The notes under the pieces are model-generated. The model had not been told where the DNA came from, made no database searches, and saw only the letters and a list, made by a program, of their open reading frames with translations. From positions 512,001 to 576,000 of the forward strand of contig OY762964.1 of assembly GCA_963667035.1 (NCBI GenBank): 64,000 bases of DNA, in the 5' to 3' direction. Source of the DNA: Candidatus Cloacimonadales bacterium (GTDB taxonomy: Bacteria > Cloacimonadota > Cloacimonadia > Cloacimonadales > JAFGVF01). Positions 30,518 to 39,911 of this stretch are shown piece after piece (position 1 is the first letter of the stretch; every line of letters begins with the position of its first letter). The translations under genes were made by a program, and so were the position numbers.

Positions 30518-33490
30518 GTGCCATCCAGAGTACATGAACTTGCAAAAGAACTAAAAATTTCGACAACTGCTCTGAAAAAGCATTTGGCTGATGTTGGGGT
30601 TAAAGTTAAAAGCCACATGAGTATTGTTGAAGATGATGTTGCCGTAAAGATAAGAAAGATGTTTGATGATCAGGTAAAAGCTGTCAAAATGATGGAAACT
30701 GACAGAAGAAGATTGCACACTCCTCGTCCCAAGATGAATGAATCAGTGAAGATTGAAGAACCCTTACAAAAGGAAGAATCAATCATCGAAACCCCAAAAG
30801 TTAGTCAGAACGAGGAGCCAATTAAATCTGAGTCTGCCCCCAAGTCGCAACCACAACAACAAAGAAAACCGGAAGCTCCGAGACAAGAAAAGCCGGCTTA
30901 TTTGAAAAACTTTGGTGAGCAAAGTAGAAATGATGACCGACGCGGTGAAAGAGATAATCGTCAGAGAGCACCTCGTGACAATCGTAGTTATCAACCTAGA
31001 GATAATCAAAGTCGTGATAATAGTCAAAGACCACCTCGTGACAATCGTGGTTATCAATCTAGAGATAATAGAGACAGTAGAGGTTATCAACCTAGAGATA
31101 ATCAAAGTCGTGATAATGGTCAAAGACCACCTCGTGATAATCGTGGTTATCAACCAAGAGATAACAGAGACAGTAGAGGTTATCAACCTAGAGATAGTCA
31201 AGGTCGTGATAATGGTCAAAGACCACCTCGCGATAATCGTGGTTATCAACCAAGAGATAACAGAGACAGTAGAGGTTACCAGCCTAGAGATAATTCGGGT
31301 TATCAACCTCGAGGCAATAGAAATGACCAGCAGAAACCTTACGATAATAGAAACAGTAATTATAAAGGTAGAACAGATAATAGGAATCGTATTGAAGGTA
31401 AGGATGCTTACGGTAAAAATGATAATCGTGACAGCAGACCTTCCAGACCAAGACCTCCAAGAGAGAATAGAACTGACAAACAAACTCAGGAATTGGTGGT
31501 TCCTAATACCAGTGTAGTAAATAAAAGATACGATAAAAAGAAAAAAGCCGATGAGTATGGTGATCAAAGTCGTCATATTAAGGCAAAGCAAATGTCCATG
31601 AAGAAGAAAGGGGCAAAGTACAGTGTTGTTGATGTTGATGAAGCAGCAAGGACTATTAAATCTACCCTTTCTAAGAAAAAGAAAAAGAAATACGAGAAGA
31701 GAACTCAATCTACAGACCATTTAAAAGAAAGAGAGATTACTGTTAGTGAGTTCACCTCGGTAAATGAACTTGCAAAACTAATGGATATTAATCCATCTGA
31801 GATTATCGCTAAATTCTTCCTCATGGGTAAGATGGTGACCATAAATCAAAGATTGGATAAAGATTCTCTTGAGCTTATTTGTGATGAATTTGAAGTAAAT
31901 TTCAAGTTTGCCGATGAGTTTGGAACAGAGATTTTATCAACTGATGAAGAGGAATTCGAAAATGCTGAAGATGTTTCAAGACCACCAATTGTAACTATAA
32001 TGGGACATGTTGATCATGGAAAAACATCGATTCTTGACTATATCCGTAATACTAAGGTTGTTGCCGGAGAATCAGGAGGAATTACGCAGCATATAGGTGC
32101 TTATCAGATTGAACATGATGGAGCTAAAATAACATTCCTTGATACTCCCGGACATGCTGCCTTTACAGCTATGAGAGCCAGAGGAGCCCAATTAACAGAT
32201 ATAGCAGTTATTGTTGTTGCTGCAAATGATGGTGTTATGCCTCAAACCAGAGAAGCTATCGACCACGCCAAAGCTGCTGATGTGGACATGATTATTGCTA
32301 TAAACAAGATAGATTTACCTGAAGCCAATATCGATAGAACTATTTCCGGTTTACTTGAAAATGGTGTTTATCTTGAAAATTATGGTGGAGAGGTACCTTG
32401 GTGTCAGTGTTCTGCTAAAACCGGTGAAGGTATTGACGAATTACTTGAGCTCATGTCACTTAGTGCTGAAATGCAGGAGTTAACTGCTAAAGAAGAAGTT
32501 CCTGCCAGAGGTGCTGTTATTGAAGCTAGAATGGACAGTAGAATGGGTACTGTCGTTACAATAATTAATCAAGAAGGAATCCTGCGTAAAGGCGATTCAA
32601 TCGTTTGCGGTGCAACCCACGGAAGATTGAAGAAAATGGAGAATGAAAGAGGTACTGAGATTATGGAGTTACATCCTTCCGATGTTGCCCGAGTCTATGG
32701 TATTAATGAAGTTCCCAAAGCAGGTGATGTATACAATTTCGTTGAAACTGATAAACTTGCTCGTTCTATTAGTAGTGAACGTTTACAAAGAAGATTGGAA
32801 CGTGAAAAATATAATACTACGGCAAATCTTGATAATCTTTTCCAGAAGATTAAACAGAATGAGATTCAAGGTCTTAATTTAATCGTTAAGGGTGATACCG
32901 ATGGCTCTGTTGAAGCTATCTGCGATTCCTTTATGAAACTTTCAAATGAAGAAGTAAAAGTTAACATCGTTAGAAAAGGTGTTGGCGGTATAACTGAAGC
33001 AGATGTAACTCTTGCTTCAGCATCAAATGCAATTATAATAGGTTTCCACGTGAGAGCAAATCCTCCTGCACGTAAATTAGCCGAAGATGAGAATATTGAG
33101 ATAAAAATCTATCATATTATATATGATGCTATTAATGATGTTAAGTTAGCGATGGAAGGTATGCTAAAACCTGAGTTTACCGAGAAAGTAACCGGTACAG
33201 CTCGAGTTAAACAGCTCTTTAAAGTTAAAAAGATTGGAACAATTGCAGGTTGTTTTGTTGAGAGTGGAAGAATTGTTAAAGATGCCCATGCAATAAGATT
33301 GTATAGAGATGATAAGCTTATTCATGAAGGCGGTTTGGCATCATTGAAGCATTTTTCTAATGATGTAAAAGAAGTTAAAGCAGGTACCGAATGCGGTATC
33401 GCTTTTGAAAATTTCAATGACATTAAGGAAGGCGATATTTTGGAGACATTTATTCTGGAGTCAGTTGAAAGGAAATTAGAGGATGTCTAA
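30518..33490 (+). CDS. infB: Translation initiation factor IF-2
   Basis: [43 protein letters not shown] start after GGAGG. Confidence 0.98.
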   Translation: MPSRVHELAKELKISTTALKKHLADVGVKVKSHMSIVEDDVAVKIRKMFDDQVKAVKMMETDRRRLHTPRPKMNESVKIEEPLQKEESIIETPKVSQNEEPIKSESAPKSQPQQQRKPEAPRQEKPAYLKNFGEQSRNDDRRGERDNRQRAPRDNRSYQPRDNQSRDNSQRPPRDNRGYQSRDNRDSRGYQPRDNQSRDNGQRPPRDNRGYQPRDNRDSRGYQPRDSQGRDNGQRPPRDNRGYQPRDNRDSRGYQPRDNSGYQPRGNRNDQQKPYDNRNSNYKGRTDNRNRIEGKDAYGKNDNRDSRPSRPRPPRENRTDKQTQELVVPNTSVVNKRYDKKKKADEYGDQSRHIKAKQMSMKKKGAKYSVVDVDEAARTIKSTLSKKKKKKYEKRTQSTDHLKEREITVSEFTSVNELAKLMDINPSEIIAKFFLMGKMVTINQRLDKDSLELICDEFEVNFKFADEFGTEILSTDEEEFENAEDVSRPPIVTIMGHVDHGKTSILDYIRNTKVVAGESGGITQHIGAYQIEHDGAKITFLDTPGHAAFTAMRARGAQLTDIAVIVVAANDGVMPQTREAIDHAKAADVDMIIAINKIDLPEANIDRTISGLLENGVYLENYGGEVPWCQCSAKTGEGIDELLELMSLSAEMQELTAKEEVPARGAVIEARMDSRMGTVVTIINQEGILRKGDSIVCGATHGRLKKMENERGTEIMELHPSDVARVYGINEVPKAGDVYNFVETDKLARSISSERLQRRLEREKYNTTANLDNLFQKIKQNEIQGLNLIVKGDTDGSVEAICDSFMKLSNEEVKVNIVRKGVGGITEADVTLASASNAIIIGFHVRANPPARKLAEDENIEIKIYHIIYDAINDVKLAMEGMLKPEFTEKVTGTARVKQLFKVKKIGTIAGCFVESGRIVKDAHAIRLYRDDKLIHEGGLASLKHFSNDVKEVKAGTECGIAFENFNDIKEGDILETFILESVERKLEDV
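30950..31330 (+). repeat. In-frame 96-bp tandem repeat in the infB N-terminal region
   Basis: CAAAGACCACCTCG starts at 31025, 31121 and 31217; encodes [36 protein letters not shown] units. Confidence 0.9.
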
Positions 33491-33950
33491 TTTTAAGATT
33501 CCAAGACTAGAAAAGGAATTGTTTAAGCTTATAATAAACACTTTACGATTCAAAGTGAGAGACAACGTGTTTTCTAATATACAGATTACAGGAGTAAAGC
33601 TTACTCCCGACCTTAAATATTTGAAGGTATATTACTACTTTGAAAATGGTAAGAAAATAAAGAAGATGGAAGAGAAGCTGAGAAAAGTATCAGGCTTCAT
33701 AAAAAAACAGATTGCAGGAGCAGGAATTATGAGAATAATACCAGACATACACTACCATTATGATGAGACAGAAGAGAAAGCAAATAGCATAGATAAGTTA
33801 CTTTCTACTTTAAGAGATGATAGTTATGATGACAGTTCCAGTAGCTTTAACATGGATGAGTTTCTTCTCGAAGATGAATATGAACCGGAATCATTCGGTG
33901 AGTATGACAAAGACATAGAAGAACTTTTCGAAGATATTGATGATAAATAA
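33483..33950 (+). CDS. rbfA: Ribosome-binding factor A
   Basis: ITGVKLTPDLKYLKVY, GFIKKQI, RIIPDIHYHYD; directly after infB. Confidence 0.9.
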   Translation: MSNFKIPRLEKELFKLIINTLRFKVRDNVFSNIQITGVKLTPDLKYLKVYYYFENGKKIKKMEEKLRKVSGFIKKQIAGAGIMRIIPDIHYHYDETEEKANSIDKLLSTLRDDSYDDSSSSFNMDEFLLEDEYEPESFGEYDKDIEELFEDIDDK

Positions 33951-33971
33951 TCTTAAGACAAAATGAGGGTC

Positions 33972-34000
33972 AGGGAGTATTGTTTAAATACTCCCTTTTT
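33972..34000 (+). terminator. Intra-operon terminator-like hairpin after rbfA
   Basis: AGGGAGTATT-gttta-AATACTCCCT followed by TTTT. Confidence 0.7.
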
Positions 34001-34006
34001 CTAATT

Positions 34007-35002
34007 ATGAAAGAGTTTAAAAAGAAATTACTGAATGCAATAGATAGATACGATAAAATATGCTTACTTACCCATCACGAACCGGATGGGGATGGGTTAC
34101 CTACGGCTTTAGCTCTAAAAAGGATTATTGAGGCTAAAGGCATACAGGCTGATTTAGTCCTTGAAGAACGAGCCCCTGACCAGTTTTCTTATCTAGATGT
34201 TTTTAAGAATACTAAGGTAGTTGAAAATGGCATGAACTATGACTTAGCTATAGTCGTTGATTGCCATGAAGTAAAAAGATTAGGAACTACAGGTTTTCTA
34301 GTTGAGAATGCTAAAGAATGCTTTGTTATTGATCATCATGAGGTTGAAGATGGAATTATTGATGGAGCCGCAGCCTACATAGATACAAGTATAGCTTGTG
34401 TTGGAATTATCCTCTTTAACATGTTTATAGAAGAAATGAAATCTTTAGATAGTGATGATGCGGTTTATTGCTCCGAATGCTTCTATACCTCTATCCTAAA
34501 TGATACAAACAGCTTCATGAATGCAAATACGGATTCATATACTTTCCAAGTCGCTGCAGAGCTTGAGGAATTCTGTGTTGATTATTTCAATATTACCGAG
34601 AAGTTTTTCTATAATGATCCTTGGCGTAAATTGAAACTGGTTGGAAAGACAATGTCTACCCTTGAGCCACACTTCCATGAAAATGTTCTATTTTTACATA
34701 CTGAAGAAAAAATGGTCCATGATTGTCAAATTGGATTTGAGTATCTAACTAAAGTTATATCATGGGTGAGGAGTGCTAAAGATATCTTGATGATTGTTTA
34801 CTTTAAGGAAACTTCAAAGAAAGATATTAAGCTAAGTTTCAGATCAAAGACAGTGAATGTTGCAAAAATAGCTTCCGATTTTGATGGGGGAGGACACATT
34901 CAAGCAGCAGGAGGTGTTATTCATGATACTCTTGAGAATGCTAAAAGACTTGTTATAGAACGCTTAAAGGAATGCGATGAACTTCGGGATTTTATTGATT
35001 AA
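34007..35002 (+). CDS. nrnA: DHH/DHHA1 phosphoesterase (NrnA-like)
   Basis: HHEPDGD, VVDC, IDHH, DT, SFRS, GGGHIQAAG. Confidence 0.88.
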   Translation: MKEFKKKLLNAIDRYDKICLLTHHEPDGDGLPTALALKRIIEAKGIQADLVLEERAPDQFSYLDVFKNTKVVENGMNYDLAIVVDCHEVKRLGTTGFLVENAKECFVIDHHEVEDGIIDGAAAYIDTSIACVGIILFNMFIEEMKSLDSDDAVYCSECFYTSILNDTNSFMNANTDSYTFQVAAELEEFCVDYFNITEKFFYNDPWRKLKLVGKTMSTLEPHFHENVLFLHTEEKMVHDCQIGFEYLTKVISWVRSAKDILMIVYFKETSKKDIKLSFRSKTVNVAKIASDFDGGGHIQAAGGVIHDTLENAKRLVIERLKECDELRDFID

Positions 35003-35873
35003 TAAACCAAAAGATAGAACCTCATTTTCTATCGTTGCACAGATCAGAAGAATAACAGGGATAAAAAAAGTGGGTCATACCGGAACACTTGATCCGTTTG
35101 CAACAGGGCTTTTACCTATTTGTATTGGGAAAGCTACTAAACTGGTTGATAAACTGTTATTAGATTATAAGACATATGAAGTGAAAATGAAGTTTGGAGA
35201 GCAAACGGATTCCGGAGATGATACAGGGAATGTAACAAGTCGTGGTTATGTACCTAGTAAAATAGATATTAATGAGATAACTAACTATATACTACAGATT
35301 GATAAACAGATTCCTCCTAAGTTTTCTGCTTTAAAAGTTAACGGTAGACGTGCTTATAAGCTGGCAAGAGAGCACAAAGAGTTTGAATTGAAAGAGCGTA
35401 GCATCAATATTACAAAGTGCAAGATACTAAAGTATGAAGCTCCTTATTTGAGATATGAAGTTACTGTTAGTAAAGGCACTTATATCAGAGTTCTTTCAGA
35501 AATGATTGCAAGTAAGTTAAACAGTGTCGCAGTAACAACCGAACTGATAAGGAAATCAATCGGTCCTTTCGAGATTGATACAGCTGTATCTCCCGATACA
35601 CTAAACAAAGATAATTGGAAAGAATATCTGTTACCAATTACTACATTGTTCCCTGGTAAGCAATCAATTAAGTTGCGAGATGAAGATGTATTGAATTACG
35701 TTAACGGTAGGAGATTCTCGGTTAATCTTGATGATGGAGAGGAAGAACTTGTTGTAAGTGCCGAGGGAGAGTTTTTGGGATTCTGTAATATTAAAGACGG
35801 AATCCTACATCCTAAAATGGTTTTCGCTGATCAAACTCTGTACACATTTGGAGAAGAGGCGTGCAGTCAATAA
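34977..35873 (+). CDS. truB: tRNA pseudouridine-55 synthase
   Basis: KVGHTGTLDPFATG, PPKFSALKVNG, SKGTYIR. Confidence 0.96.
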   Translation: MNFGILLINKPKDRTSFSIVAQIRRITGIKKVGHTGTLDPFATGLLPICIGKATKLVDKLLLDYKTYEVKMKFGEQTDSGDDTGNVTSRGYVPSKIDINEITNYILQIDKQIPPKFSALKVNGRRAYKLAREHKEFELKERSINITKCKILKYEAPYLRYEVTVSKGTYIRVLSEMIASKLNSVAVTTELIRKSIGPFEIDTAVSPDTLNKDNWKEYLLPITTLFPGKQSIKLRDEDVLNYVNGRRFSVNLDDGEEELVVSAEGEFLGFCNIKDGILHPKMVFADQTLYTFGEEACSQ

Positions 35874-36808
35874 ACGAAATCAATAAAGATAAAACTGTTG
35901 TTACAATTGGCAACTTTGATGGAGTTCATTTAGGTCATTTGAAGTTGATTGATAAAGTTGTGGAAAGAGCTATTGCACTTAATGCTGATAGTGTTGTTCT
36001 GACGTTTGATATGCATCCATACCATTTGCTATATCCTCATATGAAACCATATCTTCTTACTTCCAACGATAAAAGAGAAGAACTGATTAAATCACATGGA
36101 GTGCAAAATGTCTGTGCTTTACAGTTTGATGAAGAGCTAGCTGTAATGTCAGCGGAGAGTTTCTTAAAAACAATTGTTATAGATAAGCTTAAAGCTACTG
36201 AGATTGTTATCGGTTATGATTCCAGATTTGGACATAATAGGGAAGGTGATTATCAGTTCTTGAAAGATAGAGAAGAAAAGTATGGATATAAGGCAATCTA
36301 TGTTGACTCTCTTAAACAAGATGGAGTAGTAATAAGTAGTACAATCATAAGAGAATTGCTCATGAACGGAAGAATAGAATTGGCAACAGATTATCTTGGG
36401 TATGCATATCACTATAAGGGAATTGTTGTTCATGGTAAGAAAATTGGGCATACTATAAATTTCCCTACTTTAAATATAGTCCCTTTGAATTTACATCAGC
36501 TTATACCGACTACCGGAATATATCTGTGTGGCTGTATTATAGAAGATAGACATTATTGGGGAGTTACAAATGTAGGATATAGTCCGACTATAAAGTCCGA
36601 GCATAAATTGGAAGTAGAGATGTTTGTTTTTGATTTTGACAAAAATGTTTATAATAAGACTGTAGAAATAGAGTTCTATTCTCGAATCAGAGAAGAGGAA
36701 AAATTTGACACAATTGAGCAACTAATCAAACAGATAGAAATTGATGTATGTAGAGCCAGAGAGATGATTCCTCTTTACGTAAGTGTTTTTAATTTTAATA
36801 GGAGATGA
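35861..36808 (+). CDS. ribF: Riboflavin kinase/FAD synthetase
   Basis: GNFDGVHLGH, ISSTIIR, GHTINFPTLN, NVGYSPT, RIREEEKF. Confidence 0.95.
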   Translation: MQSINEINKDKTVVTIGNFDGVHLGHLKLIDKVVERAIALNADSVVLTFDMHPYHLLYPHMKPYLLTSNDKREELIKSHGVQNVCALQFDEELAVMSAESFLKTIVIDKLKATEIVIGYDSRFGHNREGDYQFLKDREEKYGYKAIYVDSLKQDGVVISSTIIRELLMNGRIELATDYLGYAYHYKGIVVHGKKIGHTINFPTLNIVPLNLHQLIPTTGIYLCGCIIEDRHYWGVTNVGYSPTIKSEHKLEVEMFVFDFDKNVYNKTVEIEFYSRIREEEKFDTIEQLIKQIEIDVCRAREMIPLYVSVFNFNRR

Positions 36809-36809
36809 A

Positions 36810-37751
36810 ATGGATAAATTGTTTATTGAAGAATTAAAATATCATGAGAATGAAGAAATTATAAGTTACTTTCTCTGTACAGAGAAGGAGCTTAGAGATG
36901 GTCAGGCTAGTCAATTTCTTAGGCTATCATTAGCGGACAAAACAGGGAAAATTGTAGGTTATGTATGGGGAAATGCAAAAACTGTTTCACAAGAATTCTC
37001 AGAAGGGGATGTAATAAAAGTACAAGGGAAAGTGCATAGATATAAAAATCAATTACAAATAAAGATTGAGAAGTTAAGATTAGCAGATGAGACAGAAGTT
37101 AATCTTGCGGATATGTTACCGACTACGAAAAAAGATTTAAGATTACTTGCAGAGAAATTCTTCCGCTATGTCGATTCAATTGAAAACGAGTACTACTCTC
37201 AACTTCTCTCAATCATTTTTGATGATAAAGATACTTTTACCAAATTCTCGCGATGCCCTGCAGCGAAAACTTGGCATCACAATTATATAGGTGGACTATT
37301 GGAGCATACCGTTTCTGTTGTAGAATTATGTAGTCATGCATCAGAGATGTATCCTGTTGATAGAGATCTACTGCTTACCGGAGCTATTCTTCATGACTTA
37401 GGTAAGATATATGAGTATGAGCAGTTACCGAAAGTTGAGTTTACCGATATAGGTAGATTGATAGGGCATTTAGCTCTTGGTGATGAGATTGTATATAAGA
37501 CTGCAGCAAAAATCAACAACTTTCCCGAGAAACAACTTCTAAAGCTTAGACATCTAATCTTAGCACATCACGGAAGCTATGAGAATGCTTCTGTTAGATT
37601 ACCTCAAACCTTAGAAGCTGTTTTGCTACATCAGTGTGATAATTTGGATGCCCAAACAATAGGTGTTAAACAAACAATAGAAGCTTCCGCTGAGGATGCT
37701 GATTGGTCTGAATTTGATAGATTGAATTCGCGTTACTATTATAAAGGGTAA
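36810..37751 (+). CDS. yhaM: 3'-5' exoribonuclease YhaM family (OB fold plus HD)
   Basis: PAAKTWHHNYIGGLLEH, LHDLGK, GHL, ILAHHG. Confidence 0.9.
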   Translation: MDKLFIEELKYHENEEIISYFLCTEKELRDGQASQFLRLSLADKTGKIVGYVWGNAKTVSQEFSEGDVIKVQGKVHRYKNQLQIKIEKLRLADETEVNLADMLPTTKKDLRLLAEKFFRYVDSIENEYYSQLLSIIFDDKDTFTKFSRCPAAKTWHHNYIGGLLEHTVSVVELCSHASEMYPVDRDLLLTGAILHDLGKIYEYEQLPKVEFTDIGRLIGHLALGDEIVYKTAAKINNFPEKQLLKLRHLILAHHGSYENASVRLPQTLEAVLLHQCDNLDAQTIGVKQTIEASAEDADWSEFDRLNSRYYYKG

Positions 37752-37752
37752 A

Positions 37753-38538
37753 ATGTTTCAGACTTCGGTTTTAGCAAGCGGCTCTAAAGGTAATTGTATA
37801 CTTGTTCGGAGTGATAGTGCAAAAATACTGATAGATGCAGGTCTAAGTGGTATTAAGATATGGAATGCAATGGACTCCTTAGGATTGATTAAGGAAAAAG
37901 TAGATTGTTTGTTCATTAGCCATGACCATTCTGATCATGTTAAAGGTGCCGGTATTGTAGCAAGAAAACTCATGATTCCTATCTATATTACGGAAGAGAC
38001 ATACTTACGGTCAGAAAATAAACTTGGTGATGTAGATAAAAATTTAAAGCATTTTGAAGTTGGTGACTCAATCATTATTAATGACTTGGTGGTAGAGACC
38101 TTCCCGTCTTCTCATGATGCAGTTGATAGCTGTAATTTCATTGTCAGGCAAGTAGATAATGACAAAGCAAAACTAGCAATTTGTACAGATTTAGGATATT
38201 CAACAAGAGTAACTCTAAACAGAATAGCAGGTTGCACAAGTATTATAATTGAATCAAATCATGATGAAATGATGCTACATAACGGACCATATCCATGGGA
38301 TCTTAAACAAAGGATAAGAAGTAATAAAGGCCATCTTTCCAACAAACAAGCCGTTGGAGTAATCAATAGCATCCTTCATGGAGATTTAAGAAATGTAATC
38401 TTAGCACATTTATCGGAAGAGAACAATACTCCAGAGTTAGCAGAAAAGACAACAAGAGATTATCTTGAATCTGTTAGATTCCAAGGGAATCTTTATATCG
38501 CTGAGCAGTATAATCCTTTACCATTAATAGACATATAG
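37753..38538 (+). CDS. yycJ: MBL-fold metallo-hydrolase (YycJ/WalJ family)
   Basis: LASGSKGN, SHDHSDH, HDA, ESNHD, GHLSN, HLSEENN. Confidence 0.88.
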   Translation: MFQTSVLASGSKGNCILVRSDSAKILIDAGLSGIKIWNAMDSLGLIKEKVDCLFISHDHSDHVKGAGIVARKLMIPIYITEETYLRSENKLGDVDKNLKHFEVGDSIIINDLVVETFPSSHDAVDSCNFIVRQVDNDKAKLAICTDLGYSTRVTLNRIAGCTSIIIESNHDEMMLHNGPYPWDLKQRIRSNKGHLSNKQAVGVINSILHGDLRNVILAHLSEENNTPELAEKTTRDYLESVRFQGNLYIAEQYNPLPLIDI

Positions 38539-38719
38539 AAGTAGTTTATAGAAAAGGCAACGTTTAAGTAAAATCAATAAATGAATCTTTACAGAGAGTA
38601 TATGTAATCAACATGTTAGAAGATAAATGATGTATGGTTTGAACGTGAAAATAGCCGAGAAATGAATTGACACTATAAACTCGGAAATCTTGTTTAGTAA
38701 TACATCTCTATATATGAGT

Positions 38720-38737
38720 TTGGAATGTGAATTGCAT
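38720..38737 (+). promoter_or_regulatory. Candidate sigma54 (-24/-12) promoter
   Basis: TTGGAATGTGAATTGCA with GG-N10-GC spacing. Confidence 0.4.
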
Positions 38738-38770
38738 AAATTTTATAATACATATTAAGTTGGAGGAATA

Positions 38771-39829
38771 ATGCGTAAATTGCTTTATTTGTTAATTGCA
38801 CCTTTATTGTTAGTCGCATGTGCTGAGGCTGGAGACCCTTTTAGTGATGGGCACAAGGCTCTTGTCTGGAATCAGAACATTGGAATTAATGGTTATGCTC
38901 AAGATTTAAAAACAAATGACCAGTATCTGTTTGTTGCTGAAGATAGAGCGGGGGTTTCAGTAATTGACAGAAATACACTAGAAAGAACTTGGATAACATC
39001 TTTAGCCAATAGTACAGGTTCTCAGGAGCTGATAGATAATAACAATATTGCTTATGATGCAGAACATAAGATACTTGCTTTTACCGAGTCAGATGAAGCA
39101 GATCAAGTTATTTTTGCCAGCATTGAAGATATTGAGAATCCTTATTATGTAGGATATACGCTTGGAGGAGTTTCTGCAGTTAGTGAGTTGAGAGTGAAAT
39201 CTGTTGAGGAAATAATTCCGAATCAAGTAGGACAAGCAGTTCCAATATTCGAATACACTTTGGCATCTGGTAGTTACCTTAAAAAAGGATCCTATGGCTA
39301 TTACTATATACCGGAAATGGAACCAGATTATCTTAATTTAGGTTTTAGCATGGATATTAATGTAGAAAACAGAGTAAATGGATTTGATGAAGATGATTTG
39401 TTCTACTACGTTGCATCTGGGCAAAGAGGTTTTAAAATCATCCAAAAAGCCGATACAACAATTGTGGATGTCAATACATTAGGTGATGCTCAAAAACTGA
39501 GTGTAGTTGGTGATTATCTTTATGTAGCATGTCGTCAAGAAGGGTTGTTTGTTTATGATATTAAAAACCGAATGGCACCGAATACAGAGCCGATTTATCA
39601 TAAGAGTGTTTCCGGTATTGCTGTAGACATTGATTATGATGGAGATTACTTAGGTTTAGCTTGTTCTAGTGGTGGTGTGTATTTATTTAATATATCAGAT
39701 CCAGCAGAACCAGTCTACCTTGATAAAGATGACTCTCATTACTCACATGCTTATTGTGTGGATGTGAAAGATAATAGAGTCTATGTCGGCGGTAGAGATA
39801 TGGTTGCAGTATATAGTATTGCAAACTAG
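38771..39829 (+). CDS. Lipoprotein with LVIVD-type beta-propeller repeats
   Basis: Lipobox LVAC; repeats YLYVA...GLFVYDI and GVYLFNISDP. Confidence 0.75.
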   Translation: MRKLLYLLIAPLLLVACAEAGDPFSDGHKALVWNQNIGINGYAQDLKTNDQYLFVAEDRAGVSVIDRNTLERTWITSLANSTGSQELIDNNNIAYDAEHKILAFTESDEADQVIFASIEDIENPYYVGYTLGGVSAVSELRVKSVEEIIPNQVGQAVPIFEYTLASGSYLKKGSYGYYYIPEMEPDYLNLGFSMDINVENRVNGFDEDDLFYYVASGQRGFKIIQKADTTIVDVNTLGDAQKLSVVGDYLYVACRQEGLFVYDIKNRMAPNTEPIYHKSVSGIAVDIDYDGDYLGLACSSGGVYLFNISDPAEPVYLDKDDSHYSHAYCVDVKDNRVYVGGRDMVAVYSIAN

Positions 39830-39851
39830 TTGATTAATTTTAATACAGGAT

Positions 39852-39889
39852 GGAGACTACCGCTAAGGTCGGAAGTCTCCTTTCTTTTT
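39852..39889 (+). terminator. Terminator-like hairpin
   Basis: GGAGACT...AGTCTCC followed by TTTCTTTTT. Confidence 0.6.
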
Positions 39890-39911
39890 CACTTATTAAA
39901 AGGGAGAGTAT

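Noticed and set aside
30779..31720. Long alternative-frame ORFs over infB (313 aa minus, 201 aa plus)
   Set aside because: By-products of the stop-free tandem repeat within infB
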